A stretch of 64,000 nucleotides of DNA. Source: Rebecca billardiae RCC1528 (lineage: Eukaryota > Protista > Haptophyta). The stretch is from positions 2,914,001 to 2,978,000 of the forward strand of contig OZ251223.1 in the NCBI GenBank assembly GCA_965240325.2. The letters run 5' to 3'. Positions 58,624-64,000 of the stretch are shown here, one piece after another. The translations under genes were made by a program, and so were the position numbers. The stretch's first letter is position 1; each line of letters opens with the position of its first letter. The notes beneath the pieces were generated by a model, which saw only the letters and a program-made list of their open reading frames with translations, was not told where the DNA came from and did no database searches.

Positions 58624-59663
58624 AGGAGCACCGCAGGCACTTGCTGTCTTGCGTATACGTAGACATCGCGAGGCCCACTCATCGCGGCAACATGCATCCT
58701 GCCGTCATCGGCGGAGCTGACCACTGACCACTCTCGTCTGTGAATTGTAAGTAAGAATCTTGCCATGCTGAGCAACGGTGAATGAACGGTGTTTCCGAAG
58801 GCCGAACTCCCCGCCGCCCGCGGCCGGACCGAGCGTCCCGCGGGAGCGTAGCTTCACTAACTCGTAGACTAAGTGCAGACGTAGACGTAGTAGTAGTAGT
58901 AGTAGTATTATTAGATTTAGTGCGCACGCATCAGAGCCAGGCCACGGATTGGCCAGAACTCGGTAAAGACCAATAAAGTGTAAGGGCTGACAGCAGCGCC
59001 ACCGTGCGCGCCGGGGGCCTCCGAGTGGCCCGACGCCCGCCGCGGTGCCCAGTCTCCGAGGTAGTTACGAGCTCGTACAAAATAATTAAGTAAGCGATAG
59101 CCAGCATCAGTACTACCGTCGTCCGTCGATCGTTAGTTCGCGGACTCACTGTAATGTGAGTAGTGACAATGTGAGTCTAGCAGCGGCAGACGACTCGTCG
59201 TAACGAGCGGCCGAATAGGCTAGCAGTAGTGAGGACCCGTAGTGAGTGACTGTGAGTCAGTCACTCAGTGAGTGAGATCGATCGATCCCTGTCGAGAACG
59301 GAGAAGGCATATCAAGCCGTGCCAAGCGGTGAAGCGGGCCGCAAGCGGTCGGTATCGGATAATGACCGATCATGGATGTAACGCGGCCGAGCCCGTCGGC
59401 CCCGTCAGCACGGTCCGCGCCACATGATAGTTACTAGCTATACTACCGACGCTACGGGCGCTAGGTCTCATCAGCAATCCTGACGTACGGGACTTGACGT
59501 TCTCGTTGCATGCGATTTTTAAGAAATCGAATACTATAAGATTTGCGTCTGAGTCCAGGACCAGGACGACGCGGACGTCCGAGGGCGAGGGACGTAGCTC
59601 AGAGTTATGAGAGTAATAGGCGATGCCCTTTATATAGTAGGCAGACTATTATTATTAAAAAGT

Positions 59664-59668
<5 letters not shown>

Positions 59669-59722
<54 letters not shown>
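59669..59722. repeat. (TA)n microsatellite
   Basis: TA run. Confidence 0.96.
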
Positions 59723-59724
<2 letters not shown>

Positions 59725-59954
59725 TTGCGGTCGTAGATTCGTGGTAGTAGTCAATTAAGTCATGTCACAATCGGATGAGATGATGCGCGCAGCCACATCA
59801 GGCTCCGGCTCCGCCCCCCCCCCCCCCCCCCCCCAGCTCCGTTACGTCTTGGCCCCGAGCCGAAGTCAACCAAGGTCCAAGCGGACCATGCAGCAGAGTC
59901 CCTTCCGACCGGCGACCCCCGATTGATGACTTCATGCAACGAGAAATGTCGCAT

Positions 59955-60146
59955 CCGACCACCTCCCAATAGGTGCAGACTCTATTTTACTATGTAATTA
60001 CCCGTCCCTTACTCAGATTTCAGCACAGTCCGGGAGACGGGGAGCGTTCCGGACACCTGTATACATATATATGCGAAATAATATTTATATTACCTGGACT
60101 GGGTATTTAGTTATAGAAAATAGAGTCTGAACCTATTGGAGGTCGG
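59955..60146. mobile_element. Small MITE-like element
   Basis: Inverted repeats CCAATAGGTGCAGACTCTATTTT (59966-59988) and AAAATAGAGTCTGAACCTATTGG (60117-60139) match at 22 of 23 positions and extend imperfectly outward. The interior is AT-rich. Confidence 0.6.
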
Positions 60147-60377
60147 GCTGATGATCTGCATCTGGCCGTAATGTCGTCCAAGGGACCGCCTGGGGTGGTC
60201 TAGGAGCTAGTGTAGATCATCAGAGGCAGCGATCCCGCCGATTGCAGTGTCAAGATGTAACGCTCCAGTGACCGGACTGGGGGGGAGTGGACCGAAGCCG
60301 GACGAGCCATCAGCCCGCCTCGCGCAAGCGAAGCACAGCGCTGGCGTTCACGCGCAGGCGCCTTTTACTGATCCTGA

Positions 60378-61406
60378 TCACTTGGAGTCCGCCTTCTCCG
60401 CGTCAGCCTCCTCGGGTGAGCCCGACGCCTCAGGGGGGCGCGTGGCGCTCGTGCTGCCACTGGCCGGCCGCTCCTCCACTCCCCTGCGAGCTCGAGATTC
60501 GATGCTCTCCTCGAACGTGCGCTCAAGGGCCGTCTTCTCCGAGGAGCGCACGCCACGCTCAACGCCCGAGCCGAAATCGATGGCGCGGAGTGCGAAGCGA
60601 AGTGCTTTTTCCACCCCGCTCTTCTCGGCGCCGTCGTCAGCGCCGCCTGCGCGCGCCTGCTCAGCGCCATCCGCGCCAATCGTGTAGAAATACGCGTAGC
60701 AGAGGCCGACAGCAGCGGCATCGAGGGTCCAGATGGCGCCGGTGTTCTTGGTGGCAACGGGCGCGAGGAGGGAGACAAAGAGCACCGCGAGGAACGCCCA
60801 GTTGAGCGCGCTCTTCTCCTGCGGCACCAGTGGCTTGATGGAGCGCAGCGACGGGATTGTGAACAGCCACCACGACCAGAAGCCGACCACGCGGACGGAC
60901 ACGTCGAGATGGCCGGCGAGCGGAAGGGCGTCGAACGAGACGAGCGCAGACACCAGGATGGCGAGGTAGGACTGCACGCGGAAGACGGAGCGCAGCCAGC
61001 CCTTCATCACCGTGCGCTTCTCGTAGTAGGCAGTCTCCTCCTTCTGCTCGATGGTCTCGCGGATGGCGGCCGCCTCGGGCGAGCCTTCAGGCAGCTGCTC
61101 GAGCTCGGAGCGCAGCTTGATCAAGTCTCGCTCGAGATTCACCAGCTTCATCGGGTTGAGAAGGCCATCGAGACCCGTGCCCGTGAGCGCAACAACCTCT
61201 GCCTCCAGGCGGTTCACCAGCGCTGCATCCGCCTCAGCGTCGAATTCCTCGTCACCCCCAGTTGAGGACGCCCGCACGAGGCGCGCCCGAGCGAGCACGC
61301 GGGATGGGCGAAGCGCGACTGCCGGCAGTAGGCGACTCGACGGCGGCGCGAGGCGCAATGCGCCCGACGCGCCGCCTAGCACGAGGGCAGCGAGGAGCGC
61401 GCGCAT
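60378..61406 (-). CDS. RPH1 (Resistance to Phytophthora 1)-like plastid membrane protein
   Basis: VFRVQ...GFWSWWLFTIPSLRS...EKSALNWAFL...AIWTLD resembles the plant RPH1 pattern WxFTIPSLR...EKEALN as I recall it. The leader is signal plus transit-like. Confidence 0.75.
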   Translation of the reverse strand: MRALLAALVLGGASGALRLAPPSSRLLPAVALRPSRVLARARLVRASSTGGDEEFDAEADAALVNRLEAEVVALTGTGLDGLLNPMKLVNLERDLIKLRSELEQLPEGSPEAAAIRETIEQKEETAYYEKRTVMKGWLRSVFRVQSYLAILVSALVSFDALPLAGHLDVSVRVVGFWSWWLFTIPSLRSIKPLVPQEKSALNWAFLAVLFVSLLAPVATKNTGAIWTLDAAAVGLCYAYFYTIGADGAEQARAGGADDGAEKSGVEKALRFALRAIDFGSGVERGVRSSEKTALERTFEESIESRARRGVEERPASGSTSATRPPEASGSPEEADAEKADSK

Positions 61407-61708
61407 CCGTGCAGATGACGCAGCGGCGTTTATTATTTATTCCGCTGCGTATGAAGGTGTGATGGAGGGTAGCTGGGAGCTCAGATCAGATCAGCTGCGA
61501 GCGCAGCGAGCAGCATAAAGGTGGGTGGCGACGACGAAAAATGATGAATAATGATAAAATGTTTATTGGCGCTTGTTGACGACTCGTCATGCGTGCGCGC
61601 ACGCCGTCTTACTTATTTCATCAGTTGGAAGTGCTGTCCACACAGGTCCGTGTCTGACGAGGTCACTGCTATATATTGTGTAGTAGTGCAGAAATCTCTG
61701 ATATATTG

Positions 61709-61940
61709 CGAGAGTATGCCGTCAGCGCTGACATCAGGAGGTGTGTGTTATCAGTGTACACATTCACATATTCAGACGCGCCGTCAGCGTCCGCGTACGC
61801 GGTTTTATCGCGCGGGAACCGCTGCACTGACGGGTCTGACGCCGGGCACTGCTACTGTGGAGTATGAAATCTTAATGCGAGAGTATATCGTCAGCGCTGA
61901 CATCAGCATATTGAGGTGTGCGTACACATATTCAGACGTG
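61709..61940. repeat. Imperfect direct repeat pair (~65-70 bp)
   Basis: GCGAGAGTAT..CGTCAGCGCTGACATCAG..TACACAT..ATTCAGACG occurs near 61709 and near 61878. Confidence 0.7.
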
Positions 61941-62649
61941 GCGCACTCGCATCAGTGATCAGACGTCATCAGCGCCCAGCGGCCAGCATCCGATCAGGTT
62001 GACCCTGTCGTCTCAGTCGTACTGCATGCCGGTCTCAAGCGCAAGGATCGCTCCCGTCTGTGCCTCGGCCGCCCACGGCGCGTACAGTTTGGTGCGCAGG
62101 CAGTCGACCTCCTCCGGTGCGAAGGTGCGCTGGCTGTGGCGGTCGCCCAGGCACATCATGCCCGCGTGGATGAGACGCCTGCGATGGCGTGCGGCACGCT
62201 GCCGGGGTGGCTCGAGCTGCCCGCTGGCTCGGCAGCTGCTGTGTCAGCAGTCACGGAAGAGGTCGCGTCAGCGTGCGGGCAGCTGCCTGCCGCGCTAGGC
62301 GCGACATCGTGCTGCTCGTGCGTGTCGAGACTCGCGTACACCTCCGTGGCGATCGCGGCGCCGCCATCGTCGCCAGCTGACTAGTTTCGTCGTAACGCAA
62401 CGAGCTTCGCGCACATTCATCGTCGTTATTCTCAAATTCCCGCCACATTTACTGCGCGCATCACGACGAAACCCAACCCCGCGTCGTCGGATCCACCGCG
62501 TGCCACCAATAATTTGGTGAACGAGGCGCGGCACTGCGCCCACGCATGCGTGCGTGCTGCTCGGCCCGGATGATGCTTGCTGTGCGTGCCCATGCGACGG
62601 ACCTGTGTGCCATGCACCGCGCTGGCATTGTTGCCACGTCCCACCGCAC

Positions 62650-62965
62650 CGTCGCCGCTCGTGTTGCCACTGCTGGTGCTGCCTCTTCTGTCTCTGCCTC
62701 TTCTGTCTTCGTGCCACCGCTCGACCCCTGCCATGCACGTGCGAGGCTGTTGCCCGTGTGAGAGAGGTGCTCGCCCGTGTGTTTGGGGCAGTTTCTGCTG
62801 TGCTTGCGAACCTGCTGGTCAGAACGCTCGTGTTGCCATTGCTCGTGCTGCCTCTTCTGTCTTCGTGTGCCGCTCGACCGCTGCCGAGCACATGCGACGC
62901 TGTGGCTCGTGTGAGAGAGGTGCTCACCTGTGTGTTTGGGGCAGTCTCTGCTGTGCTTGCCAACC
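62650..62965. repeat. Tandem duplication of a ~160-170 bp unit
   Basis: The minus-strand translation repeats ASTAETAPNT(Q/R)(V/A)STSLTRATASHV and HEDRRGSTS(N/S)GNTS. Confidence 0.75.
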
Positions 62966-63281
62966 TTTTTTTGCTTGCCAACCTGCTGCTCAGAACAGAT
63001 CCGACGATGACGATTGCCTGTGCCGCCGTGTTAGCAAACTCCCAGGCCAGCCCACGACTGGCAGGCCTTGGGTCGGCTCTTCCTCCGCTGCGGGCACATC
63101 TCTTTCTCCATGGATACCGGACTTTTTAAGTCCGGGCTCTATGGGGAGCTGAGCAATCTGCCAAGCGGAGCAAGAGCTGATATAAAAAACAGAATGCGTC
63201 CGCAAAGGTTCTCGAAGCGGCTCAGTTCTTCAGCTCCGGAACGCCCGGATTCCCCAGCGGGATCTCGGATTCTCGCGGGCG

Positions 63282-64000
63282 ATGGCCGCGACGATCATTT
63301 GCGCCGTGGCGCTCCAGCTCCTCGGAGCCGTCCATGCCACGGGGAGCGGCGGCTTTGATGCGCTCAAGTCACTTGTCATCTCTCGAGGAGGCCGTGTGCA
63401 CGAGGCTCTCGCACTGCAGTGCCCAGCGCCATGTGGTGCAGACAGAGGAATTTGCTGCACGCGCGCGCTCTCCATGGCCGACGTGTCTGCTGAGCCGCTC
63501 ATTGTCGTGCCCGAGACGCTGGAGATGAACGGAAGGCGAGCTTTGGCATACCTGACTGCGCGTGTCTCGCCAACCACGCTCGCGCGCGCCCCACTCGACA
63601 CACTCGACGACGGCGCACTCCTTGTGCTGTGGCTGGCTGCCCGTCGCCGCGCAGAGGTGCAGGACGAGTGGACGCCGTACGTTGCGATGCTGCCTCGCAA
63701 GCCGACCTGCGCGTGGCTGATGTCTGACGATGAAGCTGACCAAGCCCTGGCACGTGCCCCAGCAGGGGTGCTCCCGCCTCCGGATGAGGTGCGTGCTGAG
63801 CTCGAGCATGCGCGGTCATACGTGACGCGCGTGAGCCAAGGCCTCGCACGCGACTACGGCGCAGAGCTCGGGTTTGAAGCAGACGACGTGCGCTGGGCCA
63901 TGGCGATTGTCTCGTCACGAGCGATGGGCGGCTCGGCCTCGCCGCGCCTCGTGCCATTGCTCGACCTGCTCAACCATCACGACGACGCGAGTGGGTTTGT
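63282..64000 (+). CDS. SET-domain (Rubisco LSMT-like) lysine methyltransferase, partial (runs off the window)
   Basis: Open frame from ATG 63282: MAATIICAVALQLLGAVHA...RGICCTRAL...WTPYVAMLP...RWAMAIVSSRAM...LVPLLDLLNH. It is absent from the ORF track because there is no stop in the window. Confidence 0.88.
   Translation, partial: MAATIICAVALQLLGAVHATGSGGFDALKSLVISRGGRVHEALALQCPAPCGADRGICCTRALSMADVSAEPLIVVPETLEMNGRRALAYLTARVSPTTLARAPLDTLDDGALLVLWLAARRRAEVQDEWTPYVAMLPRKPTCAWLMSDDEADQALARAPAGVLPPPDEVRAELEHARSYVTRVSQGLARDYGAELGFEADDVRWAMAIVSSRAMGGSASPRLVPLLDLLNHHDDASGF

Overview
Very GC-rich eukaryotic genomic DNA with short GT-AG spliceosomal introns, mostly with GTGCGC donors and (GC)n tracts. 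Several proteins have signal-peptide plus transit-like leaders, so a secondary-plastid alga is the best guess, probably a haptophyte such as a Pavlovales/Diacronema-like species (inference). About 20 genes sit in compact blocks, often as divergent pairs. The blocks are separated by AT-richer spacers carrying (TA)n microsatellites, two MITE-like elements and degenerate ORF remnants. Recognisable genes include a TauD dioxygenase, an elongin-B-like ubiquitin-fold protein, a SAM methyltransferase, DHFR-TS, a DnaJ protein, an O-fucosyltransferase, an FAD monooxygenase, a UPF0045 protein, WDR82, an App1-like phosphatase, a SHIPPO/ODF3-repeat protein, an RPH1-like protein and a SET protein. The most unusual content is four signalling proteins. 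(1) A CHAT(caspase-like)-STAND-pseudoCHAT-STAND protein with a C-terminal membrane anchor. (2) A TM-PfkB-ankyrin-kinase-CHAT fusion. (3) An acylation-motif hybrid histidine kinase with its own HPt domain. (4) A four-domain voltage-gated channel with WW and EF-hand inserts and an apparent A-D-E-E selectivity filter. All calls come from reading motifs by eye; no database searches were run.
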